DNA from: Candidatus Parcubacteria bacterium
GTDB taxonomy: Bacteria > Patescibacteriota > Minisyncoccia > SW-4-49-11
Assembly: GCA_041164045.1 (NCBI GenBank)
Contig: JBEAQD010000021.1
Location: forward strand, 1 to 38,649
DNA length: 38,649 nt
Reading direction: 5' to 3'
Below, piece by piece: positions 15,317 to 25,087 of the stretch (within the stretch, counting starts at the first letter, position 1; every line of letters begins with the position of its first letter). The position numbers and the translations under genes were made by a program. The notes beneath the pieces were generated by a model. It was not told where the DNA came from. It ran no database searches and saw nothing but the letters and a program-made list of their open reading frames with translations.

Positions 15317-15345
15317 TTGACAAATTAGATGATTTTGGGTATTGT
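15317..15345 (+). promoter_or_regulatory. Sigma70-type promoter, divergent from the 15281-15309 promoter
   Basis: TTGACA (15317-15322), 17-nt spacer, TATTGT (15340-15345). Confidence 0.5.
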
Positions 15346-15419
15346 GGATAGGTCTTTTGGGAGAGATTAACTTGGAAATTCAGGAACTAAAAACTAACAT
15401 AAAAAGGATTCAAGCTGAA

Positions 15420-15578
15420 ATGAGATTTTCAAGAAAAAATATATTAAAAAATCATAATCTAAAAGTAAAAATTGAATCTTTGAAACAAAAAATCAATGCT
15501 CTACTACAGTTAGAAGATGACTGGCTAACAGTACATTATAGCGAAGCAAGGTATATCCCTAAAAGAGTAAATCACTGA
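15420..15578 (+). CDS. Possible small coiled-coil protein (52 aa from the ATG; ORF open from 15342)
   Basis: The ORF-track start at 15342 lies inside the predicted -10. The first ATG (15420) follows AAGGA. Followed by the CCCACC...GGTGGG hairpin at 15585-15609. Confidence 0.35.
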   Translation: MRFSRKNILKNHNLKVKIESLKQKINALLQLEDDWLTVHYSEARYIPKRVNH

Positions 15579-15583
15579 TATAA

Positions 15584-15901
15584 CCCCACCCCCGACTTTT
15601 GGAGGTGGGATTAAAAATTTTTATATAAAGGTGGTTAAAATCAAGTTTAATCTGTGATAGTAGGGGCGACCTTTCAGTCGCCTGTGCCTTTGTATTCTAT
15701 CCTCCCTCGGGGGAGCTTTAAGTCCCTCCTATATTTATTTAGGAGGTGGGTTGTACCATAGGTGACGGAGGAGGACGAAATTCATAATTCATAATTTCAA
15801 ATTATTCCACCCTCCCCCTGCGGGCACCCCTCAATTTATCTCCCGTAGGGAGAGAGGGGAATTTTAGTACCAAATACAGTCTCCTGAAAGGTCGCCCCTA
15901 C
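15584..15901. repeat. GC-rich mosaic hairpin repeat locus R4
   Basis: Hairpin modules, including an inverted copy of the R3 module (15824-15867) and GGTGACGGAGGAGGAC (15761-15776), which is inverted at 16383-16398. Confidence 0.75.
15660..15901. mobile_element. MITE-like 242-bp unit with perfect 18-bp terminal inverted repeats
   Basis: GTAGGGGCGACCTTTCAG at 15660-15677 is the exact reverse complement of CTGAAAGGTCGCCCCTAC at 15884-15901. No ORF inside and no obvious target-site duplication. Confidence 0.45.
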
Positions 15902-15975
15902 AAAAAATTATAACAATTTTATATAGTAAAAATACAACCTTTTAAGCTATTTTATAAATATTATTTTAAAAACCC

Positions 15976-16004
15976 TTGACAAATTTAAGAAAGTATGATA
16001 TATT
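15976..16004 (+). promoter_or_regulatory. Strong promoter of candidate ncRNA-b
   Basis: TTGACA (15976-15981), 17-nt spacer, TATATT (15999-16004). Same 18-nt core as the ncRNA-a promoter. Confidence 0.6.
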
Positions 16005-16010
16005 CTTTTT

Positions 16011-16296
16011 AAGCTTCAGCTAAGCAGAAATGTCTACATAGTTTTTTTCTTATCAGATTGTATCTGAAAGATAATAACTGAGACCACTCTACTTAGAAGA
16101 AGCCCCATCCACGGTGTGGGAGACATCGCATGTCCCCCGCCACTCACCACTCGGAGCCCCAAAATGCCCCGATCCCCGCCCTAATAAAAACCATCTATAG
16201 GTCATAAAAAAACCTATAGACCATAATAACTCCGAGCTGTTTGCCCTGCAAACAGCTCACCTCGTTTATATATACCACCCCATAAGTGGTTTTTTA
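16011..16296 (+). ncRNA. Candidate structured RNA (ncRNA-b, about 285 nt), family unknown
   Basis: No ORF longer than a few codons. C-rich core. Hairpins: GGGAGACAU-CGC-AUGUCCCCC, UCUAUAGG...CCUAUAGA, an 11-bp GAGCUGUUUGC-CCU-GCAAACAGCUC (16235-16259), and long-range CUCGGAG/CUCCGAG. The terminal ACCAC...GUGGU UUUUU is at 16274-16296. Confidence 0.45.
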
Positions 16297-16354
16297 ATTT
16301 TGTTAAAGTTTTATATAGATGAACTTAAAGTCTTTGCTACGAAAAAATTTACTC

Positions 16355-16490
16355 TACCCCGTCGTAAATAAGATTTGCTCCTGTCCTCCTCCGTCACCTA
16401 CGGCGACACCTCCCCCCTGCCTACCGCAGGCAGGCAAGGGAGGACAATATAAACTATCCATGCTTAACGCAGGCAGGCAAAGAGATAACC
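16355..16490. repeat. GC-rich mosaic hairpin repeat locus R5
   Basis: GTCCTCCTCCGTCACC is inverted relative to R4. CCTACCGCAGGCAGGCAAGGGAGGACAA is shared with 31769-31795. Confidence 0.7.
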
Positions 16491-16509
16491 ATAAATTCAT
16501 AAATATCTC

Positions 16510-17199
16510 CTATCTATACTCCTTATGCCTCTCTAGATAATCTACTAGTCTCTCGGCTGTGTATCGGCTGGGGTCTAGGACTTGAGGGGTTTGGAATATA
16601 TCTTTAATTTGTTTTGAGATATAGCCATAATGAGTGCAGGCTAGTATTATATAATCGGGTTTAGTTTTAACTTGTTTTGACAGATTCTGTAATATTTTGA
16701 CTGACTGAGTATATTCTATATCTTGATTATATACATCTTTCTCTATACTATCTGCCAGATTAGTGCAGGATAGATAATCTAAGTTATAATTGAACTGAGC
16801 TAAGTATTCCTGATAAAATCCTGTCTGTATAGTAGCTTGAGTGGCTAAAAGCAAGCCTTTTTGAGACTTGAGCTGACTAAATTCATCTAAATATTCTCTC
16901 AATGGCACAGTCACTCCTAATACCTGCTTGGTTGGATGATTTTGTGGTAGCCAAGTTGATTGTATATATCTAATAGTGCTCACTGATGCGGTATTGCAGG
17001 CTAATACTACTAAATTACAACCTTGTCGGAATAGTTTTTCTACTCCTACTATGACTATATTTCTGATTTGATCTTGAGTTTTATCTCCCAAAGGTAGTGA
17101 TTCTCTATCCTGATAACAGATATATAGTATGTCTGCGATTGTTCCAAACATATCGGCAATTCTCTGACCTCCTAATCCTGTATCATAGAAGCCTATCAT
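16510..17199 (-). CDS. murI: Glutamate racemase
   Basis: 229 aa with DTGLGG, ACNTAS and ACTHY active-site blocks. Confidence 0.85.
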   Translation of the reverse strand: MIGFYDTGLGGQRIADMFGTIADILYICYQDRESLPLGDKTQDQIRNIVIVGVEKLFRQGCNLVVLACNTASVSTIRYIQSTWLPQNHPTKQVLGVTVPLREYLDEFSQLKSQKGLLLATQATIQTGFYQEYLAQFNYNLDYLSCTNLADSIEKDVYNQDIEYTQSVKILQNLSKQVKTKPDYIILACTHYGYISKQIKDIFQTPQVLDPSRYTAERLVDYLERHKEYR

Positions 17200-18083
17200 A
17201 AATTTTGTAATATATTTTGCATTATTTTCTCGGCTTTGATGCTATTAGGTTCTGGGTGAAACTCTAATTCTGTATCGTCTATTTGTATGCGATTATGGGC
17301 ATTGGATTGTATGCTATTGGATTTGATTTTTTGTCTTTGAATTAATTTGGCTAACTTATTCCAAATATCTATTGAGAAATGATTAAAAAACCATTCTAAC
17401 CAATATTTTATTCTATATGGTTGTAGTTGACTGAGAGTAGGATATTCTCTTGGGCTTGCTTGACTAAAATAATCTTGCCTCCAAGTATTAGCTTTCCAAA
17501 ATTTTTGTAATACATCTTGAGAAGCTTGTCCAATAGCTATATAATCGGAGTATAATTGTGAGGCATATAATGTATGGTCTAATCTTTCTAGATTATTGGC
17601 GGTAATATAGTGATTCAGGCAAAATCTATTCTCCTCTAGCTCTCCTGAGCGTCTAATGCCTAAAATTTGGGTTATTATAGTTAGCCAGAATCTAGCAAAC
17701 CACATTTTATTAGTATCAGTGACTATAAATATATCTATGTCACTACTTTTTTTGGCATTTCCTGTGCTAAAACTGGAAGAACCTGCTAAAAATATACCTT
17801 TTATATATGGAATACTAATTAGTAGCCGAGCATATTTGATTACTCGCCTATATCTTCTGATACTCTCACGACCTTTTTCTTGCCTGAGAGCTAAGAGTTG
17901 GTCAAAGTCCTCTATTAGACCATATAGTCCCTGAAATAATCTAATTTTGGAAATTTTGGCAAGTTCTGTAGTTAATTCCTGTATAGAGTAATTAGCACCA
18001 ATTTGATATCTATGTATTTCCTCCAAAGTCAATAATCTTTTTTGAGAGTTTGCATAAGCCAAAGTATAGAGTAATGGATGCAT
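17196..18083 (-). CDS. Nucleotidyltransferase-fold domain protein
   Basis: 295 aa. GSSSFSTGNAKKSSDIDIFIV matches the GS-x(n)-DxD minimal NTase motif. 4-nt overlap with the murI start. Confidence 0.55.
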   Translation of the reverse strand: MHPLLYTLAYANSQKRLLTLEEIHRYQIGANYSIQELTTELAKISKIRLFQGLYGLIEDFDQLLALRQEKGRESIRRYRRVIKYARLLISIPYIKGIFLAGSSSFSTGNAKKSSDIDIFIVTDTNKMWFARFWLTIITQILGIRRSGELEENRFCLNHYITANNLERLDHTLYASQLYSDYIAIGQASQDVLQKFWKANTWRQDYFSQASPREYPTLSQLQPYRIKYWLEWFFNHFSIDIWNKLAKLIQRQKIKSNSIQSNAHNRIQIDDTELEFHPEPNSIKAEKIMQNILQNL

Positions 18084-18119
18084 ACTTAATAAATTTTAAT
18101 TAACTTTATTATAGCATAT

Positions 18120-20963
18120 TTATAGCAATGGCTTTAGATATTTGGCTGTATAACTCTTAGGATTTGTAGCTATTTGTTTTGGACTACCTTCGGCGACAAC
18201 TGTTCCTCCTTTAGCTCCTCCCTCTGGGCCAATATCTATAATATGATCCGAACTCTTGATAATATCCAAATTATGCTCAATCACAAGAATTGTATTACCT
18301 TTATCTGCTAATTGATTAAGTACTCTTAATAATTTTGCGACATCCTCAAAATGTAATCCTGTAGTTGGTTCATCTAATATATACAAAGTCTTCCCGGTAG
18401 CTCGCTTGGACAATTCGGTAGCCAGCTTAATTCTCTGAGCTTCTCCTCCGGATAAATGTGGGGCTGGTTGTCCTAATTTCATATACCCAAGCCCAACATC
18501 ATAGAGGGTGGATAATTTGTCTTTTAAGCTTGGAATTGATTTAAAGAACTCTAAGGCTGTTTCTACATCCATATCTAAGACATCAGCTATACTTTTATCT
18601 TTATACAAAATTTGCAAGACCTCTTTATTGTATCTTTTACCATGACAATCCTCACAATCTACATAAATATCTGGTAAGAAATTCATTTCAATTTTTAGAA
18701 CACCATCACCCTTACAAGTCTCACATCGTCCACCTTTTACATTGAAACTAAATCTACCAGTCTGATAACCTTTCAGCTGTGCCTCTGGGGTTTTGGCAAA
18801 TAAATCCCTCACCACAGTGAATAATCCTGTATAAGTAGCTGGATTAGACCTTGGAGTTCTTCCAATTGGAGATTGATCTATATTAACCATTTTATCTATA
18901 TTCTCAAGACCAGTAATATCTTTAAACTTCCCTGGTAAATCTTTGGCTCCATATCTAGTATGAGCTATATGTTTATACAATATATCTTGAATTAAAGTAC
19001 TTTTACCTGAACCTGAGACTCCTGTCACACAGACCATTTTACCAAGCGGAATACTGACATCTATGTTTTTGAGATTATTCTCAGCAGCTCCCTTGATTAT
19101 AATAGACTGCCCATTACCTTTACGGTATTTTTTAGGAGGATTAATAGACCTTCTACCTGAGAGATATTCAGCAGTAATTCCTTCTTGCTTGATAAAATCT
19201 TGTGGATGTCCCTGAGCAATAATTCTCCCTCCAGCTGCTCCAGCTCCTGGACCAACATCAATTACATAATCTGAAGCTCTAATGGTATCCTCATCATGCT
19301 CTACTACAATCACCGTATTACCCAAATCTCGTAGATGTTGTAAAGTCTGTATAAGTCGATTATTATCTCGCTGATGCAGACCAATAGATGGCTCATCCAA
19401 AATATATAAAACTCCCATCAACCCAGAACCAATCTGAGTAGCTAAACGGATTCTCTGAGCTTCCCCTCCTGAAAGAGTATTACTAGATCTATCCAAAGTC
19501 AGATAATCTAGGCCTACATTGAGTAGAAATTTGAGTCTAGATTGAATTTCTTTGAAAATCGGAGTACTAATAGCTATATCTCTTTCATTAAAATATTCTT
19601 TGTTATTCTGAACTTTATCCACATAAGCAGACAACTCATCAATACTCATATTTACTATCTGATCAATAGTTTTATGAGCAACTTGTACAGCTAAAAACTG
19701 CTTTTTTAACCTTTTTCCATTACAAGTAGGACAAATAGTATTGAGCATATATTTTTCAATCTCAGCTCGAATAAATTCAGAGTCAGTTTCTTGATACCTT
19801 CTTAACAAATTAGGTATCACTCCCTCATAAGTACCTTCTACTATATGTGAACCTGAGCGAATTGGAACTTTGATTGGTGTTTCAGAGCCATACAATACAA
19901 AATGTAAATCTTCCGAACTCAAATTCTGAACTGGAGTTGTGAGACTAATGTCCCTAATCTCGGCTACTGTTTCCAAAACTTTCATATACCAACCAAAAGC
20001 CCCTTTTTGTTTCCCTATTCCCCAAGGCTTGATAGCTCCTTGATTAATAGTCAGCCTAGGGTTTGGTATGACTAAGTCTGGTGAAATCTCCGGAGTATAA
20101 CCAAGCCCATCACAAGTGCTACAAGCTCCATGCGGACTATTAAAAGAAAAATTTCTAGTCTCTAATTCTCCAAAACTCTCACCAGAATCCATAATATATT
20201 TTTCACTCATCAATTCATCGCGATAGATATTTTTATTCTTATCTAGAATTTCTGATACTATAAGCATTCCCTCACCTAATCTAAGAGCTATTTCTACCGA
20301 ATCCAAAACTCGAGAACTCTCAAAGCCAGATGGATCCAATAATCTATCTATTACTAATTCAATAGAGTGTTTTTTTTGTTTATCTAAGTTGAGTTCCAGA
20401 GCTTCTTCAGTTAGATAGATAATACCATCCACCCTCATCCTCATAAATCCATCTTGAAAGGCTTTTTGAATTACCCCCTTATGTTCTCCTTTTTTATCTC
20501 TAATAACTGGAGCTAAAATAATAATTTGCTTATCCTTGTATCTTGCGATATTATCCGCCATTTGCTTGGCATCTTGCATACGGATTAACTCTCCTGTCTC
20601 TGGATTAAAAGGTATACCAACTCTAGCATATAATAATCTCAAATAATCATAAATTTCTGTCACCGTCCCTACTGTTGATCGTGGGTTTCTAGACACACTT
20701 TTCTGGTCAATAGAAATAGCTGGAGATAAACCCTCTATTACATCTACATCTGGCTTATCCATCATACCCAAAAATTGTCTAGCATAAGCCGATAAACTTT
20801 CCACATATCTTCGCTGTCCCTCAGCATAAATAGTATCAAAAGCCAGTGAGGATTTACCAGAACCAGACAAACCCGTAATTACCACTAATTTATCTCGCGG
20901 AATACTAATGTCTATATTTTTGAGATTATGTACTCTAGCCCCTTTAATACGAATTTCATTCAT
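18120..20963 (-). CDS. uvrA: Excinuclease ABC subunit A
   Basis: 947 aa. Two ABC ATPase modules ([22 protein letters not shown]; LSGGEAQR twice) and zinc-finger Cys clusters. Confidence 0.95.
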   Translation of the reverse strand: MNEIRIKGARVHNLKNIDISIPRDKLVVITGLSGSGKSSLAFDTIYAEGQRRYVESLSAYARQFLGMMDKPDVDVIEGLSPAISIDQKSVSRNPRSTVGTVTEIYDYLRLLYARVGIPFNPETGELIRMQDAKQMADNIARYKDKQIIILAPVIRDKKGEHKGVIQKAFQDGFMRMRVDGIIYLTEEALELNLDKQKKHSIELVIDRLLDPSGFESSRVLDSVEIALRLGEGMLIVSEILDKNKNIYRDELMSEKYIMDSGESFGELETRNFSFNSPHGACSTCDGLGYTPEISPDLVIPNPRLTINQGAIKPWGIGKQKGAFGWYMKVLETVAEIRDISLTTPVQNLSSEDLHFVLYGSETPIKVPIRSGSHIVEGTYEGVIPNLLRRYQETDSEFIRAEIEKYMLNTICPTCNGKRLKKQFLAVQVAHKTIDQIVNMSIDELSAYVDKVQNNKEYFNERDIAISTPIFKEIQSRLKFLLNVGLDYLTLDRSSNTLSGGEAQRIRLATQIGSGLMGVLYILDEPSIGLHQRDNNRLIQTLQHLRDLGNTVIVVEHDEDTIRASDYVIDVGPGAGAAGGRIIAQGHPQDFIKQEGITAEYLSGRRSINPPKKYRKGNGQSIIIKGAAENNLKNIDVSIPLGKMVCVTGVSGSGKSTLIQDILYKHIAHTRYGAKDLPGKFKDITGLENIDKMVNIDQSPIGRTPRSNPATYTGLFTVVRDLFAKTPEAQLKGYQTGRFSFNVKGGRCETCKGDGVLKIEMNFLPDIYVDCEDCHGKRYNKEVLQILYKDKSIADVLDMDVETALEFFKSIPSLKDKLSTLYDVGLGYMKLGQPAPHLSGGEAQRIKLATELSKRATGKTLYILDEPTTGLHFEDVAKLLRVLNQLADKGNTILVIEHNLDIIKSSDHIIDIGPEGGAKGGTVVAEGSPKQIATNPKSYTAKYLKPLL

Positions 20964-20966
20964 AGT

Positions 20967-22502
20967 CTATTGTTTAGAGTTAATATTAGTACGAACCTTA
21001 GGAGTTACCCAAAATCCTAAATATTTACCAAATAAAAGCCTAGTCTGAGCTTCTATAGCTGGCAAAGCTCCTAAAAATATAGCCACAAATGGAATAAAAA
21101 TCCATTGTAAATACATCATAGTTGTTCGCCAGCGAGAATATCTCTTTGGTCTTGGAGGTAATAATAACATATTAATATAAGCTGTAACAATCAGTCCTGA
21201 TAGAGTAATGTTCATAATAATACTCGCATTGATAGGCAAAGTATGAGCAAATACAGTGTTTCGAAAAGTATCTCCCCCAAACCAAATAGGCACTAAAGGG
21301 AAAATAGCCAAAATAAAAGCTGAAGTAGCCCAAGTATAATGTCCTTCTATCATATTCCAGATTCTACGAATCCTATCCCCTAGTGGAGCTTTAGAATTAA
21401 TAGCATAAGATCTCATAGTAGTAGCTAAATTCTCAATTCCATAAGCCCATCTTCTCATTTGAAAATATTGATTCTTGAATGCTTGTACAGGATTATGTGC
21501 TTGTACCGCATCTAGCGAGACAGGAATATGAATTGGAATAACACTATAGTCTCCATTATAATAATTCACACATTTCCAATAAATAACCGAATCATCAGAC
21601 ACCATATTAACAGGCCAATAATTAACCTTTACCAAGGTCTTAAAACTCATAGAGTGACTAGAAAAAGTAACCATACGATCAAATCTAACTGATTCCATCA
21701 TATGCCAAAAGCTAGAACTAATAGCAACTACTCTAGTAAAAGCAGGAGCATCCCAAATATTATTATGATACATTGGTAAGGGCTGATAACTATGTTTATG
21801 AGGATTATCTGAAGCCAAGAATTCATAAGTCAAAGCTGCAAAATACTTTGGATGACTAACAGTATCACTATCAAATACTGAGATAATAGTCTTATCTATA
21901 GCAATGTTTTTTTGCTCCAAATATTCTTTCATCTTCTTAGCAGCATAGGTAGCATTAGCTCCTTTAGCCTTCATCTCACCTTCAATGCCATCTGGATGAG
22001 TTGTAATGATAAAGTCTCGGAAAACACCCTTGAATTTTTGCTTCAAATACTTTTCTTTTGTATGACGAGATTCTCCTTCTCTTTCCTCGGTAGCCACCAC
22101 CACAATCACCCTATCCAAAGGATAATCCATTTTAGTCAGAGATTTTATACTTTGAGCTAATACTTCAGGAGCCTCATCATAAGTCAAAAACATTATAATA
22201 TGATTAATAGAATCAAATCCATCAATAGCTTTAGCTTTATCTAACCAGTTAATTTTAATATCTTTTTTCATCTGCCTATAAGCAACTATAAGGTGAGCAC
22301 TCAAATAAATCGCCTTGAATAACCAATACAAATCAAATATCAATACAAATAAAGCCACCTGAAAAGGTAGTACAAAAGACAATCCAATCAAACCTATAAA
22401 AGTCCCCCATGCCAAAATAGCAGGCAACATTTCAAAAAATCTTTGCCAAAACCTTTGTTTAGGATTAGTCGTTTTAGGGTCAGGATAAATATACATACTC
22501 AA
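20967..22502 (-). CDS. Membrane-embedded processive family 2 glycosyltransferase
   Basis: 511 aa. N- and C-terminal TM helices flank a GT-A domain with DSD and a Q-x-x-RW type motif (FQMRRWAYG). Confidence 0.75.
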   Translation of the reverse strand: MSMYIYPDPKTTNPKQRFWQRFFEMLPAILAWGTFIGLIGLSFVLPFQVALFVLIFDLYWLFKAIYLSAHLIVAYRQMKKDIKINWLDKAKAIDGFDSINHIIMFLTYDEAPEVLAQSIKSLTKMDYPLDRVIVVVATEEREGESRHTKEKYLKQKFKGVFRDFIITTHPDGIEGEMKAKGANATYAAKKMKEYLEQKNIAIDKTIISVFDSDTVSHPKYFAALTYEFLASDNPHKHSYQPLPMYHNNIWDAPAFTRVVAISSSFWHMMESVRFDRMVTFSSHSMSFKTLVKVNYWPVNMVSDDSVIYWKCVNYYNGDYSVIPIHIPVSLDAVQAHNPVQAFKNQYFQMRRWAYGIENLATTMRSYAINSKAPLGDRIRRIWNMIEGHYTWATSAFILAIFPLVPIWFGGDTFRNTVFAHTLPINASIIMNITLSGLIVTAYINMLLLPPRPKRYSRWRTTMMYLQWIFIPFVAIFLGALPAIEAQTRLLFGKYLGFWVTPKVRTNINSKQ

Positions 22503-22873
22503 CTATTTATACTCAGAATTAACCATAAATAAATTACTAATAAACCAATACTCAAAATACTAGAGCCAAATATCCAATAGACTATTGTAGCTTGAACTTC
22601 TGGTTTAGTAAACTTTTTTTGAATATACAAAATTGCTAATCCATTGAGTATACTAAATAAAAATGCATAAATCAAATATTGCCATACATTATCTGGAGAT
22701 CCAATAAAAGTAATACCTTCATAAAAATTGAATCTCAAATTAATTAAAGCCCCTGCATATTGACTTTGTATTCTTAATACAATCAACAATATGGTAATAC
22801 ACATAACAATCACTAGAGCAATATATGTGACTGAGATAAGTAATTTTTGTTTAGATTTTAATAATTGTTTCAT
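22499..22873 (-). CDS. Hypothetical four-TM membrane protein
   Basis: 124-aa hydrophobic ORF with 4-nt overlaps to both neighbours. Confidence 0.5.
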   Translation of the reverse strand: MKQLLKSKQKLLISVTYIALVIVMCITILLIVLRIQSQYAGALINLRFNFYEGITFIGSPDNVWQYLIYAFLFSILNGLAILYIQKKFTKPEVQATIVYWIFGSSILSIGLLVIYLWLILSINS

Positions 22874-23163
22874 CTTATTCGAATTTGTAATCGCTCAACT
22901 TGAAATCTAACCACCTCAATCGTACTATTTAAAGCTTGAATAATATCAAATTCATATAATTTAATTTTCTGAGCTTCATAGTGAGAATTAACTACAATTG
23001 CAAGAGAGTTATGTTGCAAAGATACCGCCTCTGATGCTTTTAATTCTGCAAAATCAGTCTGTACTAATTCATTATAAAGCATACAAACCTTAGTACTCTC
23101 AATTTTGGAATACATATCTGAATTAGATGGATATTTTTTTTGTAAAACACTATTAATTCGCAT
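22870..23163 (-). CDS. DUF721 (DciA-like) domain protein, tentative
   Basis: 97 aa. The pattern LAIVVNSHYEAQKIKLYEFDIIQALN...VRFQV resembles the DUF721 signature (L.V.V.ss.wa.eL......I...LN). Confidence 0.4.
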   Translation of the reverse strand: MRINSVLQKKYPSNSDMYSKIESTKVCMLYNELVQTDFAELKASEAVSLQHNSLAIVVNSHYEAQKIKLYEFDIIQALNSTIEVVRFQVERLQIRIR

Positions 23164-23164
23164 A

Positions 23165-24745
23165 TTATTTTTTTATAACCTTACTATGTATTTTACCATT
23201 ATAAAATTGAGTTGTGAGAATATCTCCTTCTTTAATCTGATTAATATCTGTAATTATTTTATCATAAATTTTAGTAATACTATAGCCTTTTTGTAAAATA
23301 GATTGTGGATCAAAAGCAGACAATTTAGACTGTAATAAAGCCAATTTATTTTGAGATTGAGACAAAGCTGTAGCCATAATAAGATTCAAACTATGAACAT
23401 TATTATGCACACTATGGTGATATTGTTGAATTTCATTTAATTTTTGAAAAGTCAAGCTCTCTAGCTTTTGAATAGTGGTTCGGACTGTATCTGCAATGTA
23501 ACGAGTATATCTTTCTAGAATATGTAAATTTTGGTCTATTCTGGACTCTAAATTTTGCACCTTATACTGTATACTAGCTTGTAAAATTCTCTCTTTTTGC
23601 TCTACACTAATCTGCAACTCATCTCGATGGGGAGTCAACAACTCAGCCGCATTAGACGGAGTGGAAGCCCTCATATCAGCTACAAAGTCAGCAATAGTAA
23701 AATCCCTCTCATGCCCAACAGCTGAGATAATAGGCTTAATAGAAGTATAAATGGCTCTGGCTACCGACTCATCATTAAAAGCATGTAAATCATCCATCGC
23801 TCCTCCTCCTCTAGTCAATACAATCACCTCCACCTCTGGATAAGTATTAAGATTCTCAATTGCCTCAATAATACTATCCACCGCCCGCTCACCCTGAACC
23901 TGAGCATGATGAAAATACAAATTCAAGCCCCCCATCCTTGCTCCAAGTACTTTCATAAAATCCTTATAAGCTGCCGCATCTTGTGAAGTAATAACTCCAA
24001 TAGATTGAGGCATCTCGGGAATTGCTCTTTTGCGAGCCTCACTAAATAAACCTTCTGACTCTAATTTTTGCCTTAATAATTCAAATGCTTTGGCGAGTTC
24101 CCCTTCACCAGAGACCGCCAAAGTCTCCACCATCACACTAAAAATACCAGATTTAGGTGAAAGTCTCGGCTTCCCTGTAATAATAATCCGCATCCCATCC
24201 ACTGGGGAGATTCTAGATTTTCTCAAATTAGCAACAGTAGTAAAACATCTAATTTTTGCTTCCTTCTGTTCATCTTTTAGATCAAAGAAAACCCATTGAT
24301 TATTAGCAAAACTAGACATTTGAAAAGCTGACACCTCACCCTCAATTTGAACCGTTTGTTCTCCAATAATAGCATTGATTTGCTGGATAAAAGCCGAGAC
24401 ACTCAGAACTTCTGATGTAATAGCCGGAGTTTTGATCTTAAGCTCAGCATATTGAACCAAAGACTCTGGAATATGCTGCTGATTAGACTCTAGATACTGT
24501 TTGCCCTCAGCAAAATGAGTAAGAGTACGAATAGCCTCTTTTTTGACCAATATAGATGAATCCTGCAATAAAGGAATAATCAAATCAGAAACTCGTCCCC
24601 ACTCAAAACTAATCAAAGCTCGCAAAGAAGCCTGTCTATATGATGGCTTACTATGAGCCAAAAAAACTTGAATACTATACAAAGCCCGCTCTCCACGCTC
24701 CCTAATAATATCCTGAAAATAAGTATCTAATCGCTTACCTGTCAC
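23165..24745 (-). CDS. xseA: Exodeoxyribonuclease VII large subunit with an N-terminal extension of about 110 aa
   Basis: 526 aa. The OB-fold start LSVSAFIQQINAIIGEQ..VQIEGEVSAF begins near residue 113. This is followed by the catalytic core (ITSQDAAAYKDF, VLTRGGG, SAVGHERDFTIADFVAD) and a coiled-coil tail. Confidence 0.85.
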   Translation of the reverse strand: MTGKRLDTYFQDIIRERGERALYSIQVFLAHSKPSYRQASLRALISFEWGRVSDLIIPLLQDSSILVKKEAIRTLTHFAEGKQYLESNQQHIPESLVQYAELKIKTPAITSEVLSVSAFIQQINAIIGEQTVQIEGEVSAFQMSSFANNQWVFFDLKDEQKEAKIRCFTTVANLRKSRISPVDGMRIIITGKPRLSPKSGIFSVMVETLAVSGEGELAKAFELLRQKLESEGLFSEARKRAIPEMPQSIGVITSQDAAAYKDFMKVLGARMGGLNLYFHHAQVQGERAVDSIIEAIENLNTYPEVEVIVLTRGGGAMDDLHAFNDESVARAIYTSIKPIISAVGHERDFTIADFVADMRASTPSNAAELLTPHRDELQISVEQKERILQASIQYKVQNLESRIDQNLHILERYTRYIADTVRTTIQKLESLTFQKLNEIQQYHHSVHNNVHSLNLIMATALSQSQNKLALLQSKLSAFDPQSILQKGYSITKIYDKIITDINQIKEGDILTTQFYNGKIHSKVIKK

Positions 24746-24786
24746 AAATTTTATAATTATTAAATTTATATATTTATTATAACATA

Positions 24787-25081
24787 TAAAAAAGAAAGCG
24801 ACTGTGAAGTCGCTTATATGGGTTAAATATAATCTGCTCCCAAAAACTTGGGAGCTGGGGGGGGGGTAGGGGTATTTAGTTGTAGTACTGAGCTATTGCT
24901 CAGAATGTGACATCGGAAGCTGGTCCGACTGGAATGGTAAGGCAGTCATGCCTGCCCCTACGCCAAGGGAAGAAAGGCTTCGATGAGTTGAAAACCTTTT
25001 TGCCTTTGCGCCCTTTCCGTGGATGGAAGGAGGGAGCAGTATGCCGCTTGCCATGTGCCATGAATGCCACAAAGTATAGGC
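24787..25081 (-). ncRNA. Candidate structured RNA (ncRNA-c, about 290 nt), family unknown
   Basis: GC-rich island without credible coding potential. Minus-strand promoter TTGACA-17-TAAATT (25088-25116) and terminator AGCGAC-UUCACA-GUCGCU UUCUUUUUU (24787-24814). Contains a C10 run and the GCUCCCAA-GUUU-UUGGGAGC hairpin. Confidence 0.4.
24857..24866. repeat. G10/C10 homopolymer tract
   Basis: Ten consecutive G on the plus strand, inside ncRNA-c. Confidence 0.9.
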
Positions 25082-25087
25082 AAATTT

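Noticed and set aside
16319-16540. A 73-aa ORF on the plus strand.
   Set aside because: It spans repeat locus R5 and runs antisense into the murI 3' end. It has repeat-derived Pro-rich composition.
17656-24299. Plus-strand ORFs at 17656-17934, 21912-22160, 23105-23296 and 24030-24299.
   Set aside because: They are antisense shadows within the NTase, GT2, DUF721/xseA junction and xseA genes.
24851-24862. On the minus strand, CCCCCCAGCUCC resembles the 3' acceptor end of E. coli tmRNA.
   Set aside because: There is no adjacent T-arm (GGUUCGAnnCC) and no complementary GGGGCUG 5' end. Instead, the segment pairs locally as a GCUCCCAA/UUGGGAGC hairpin.
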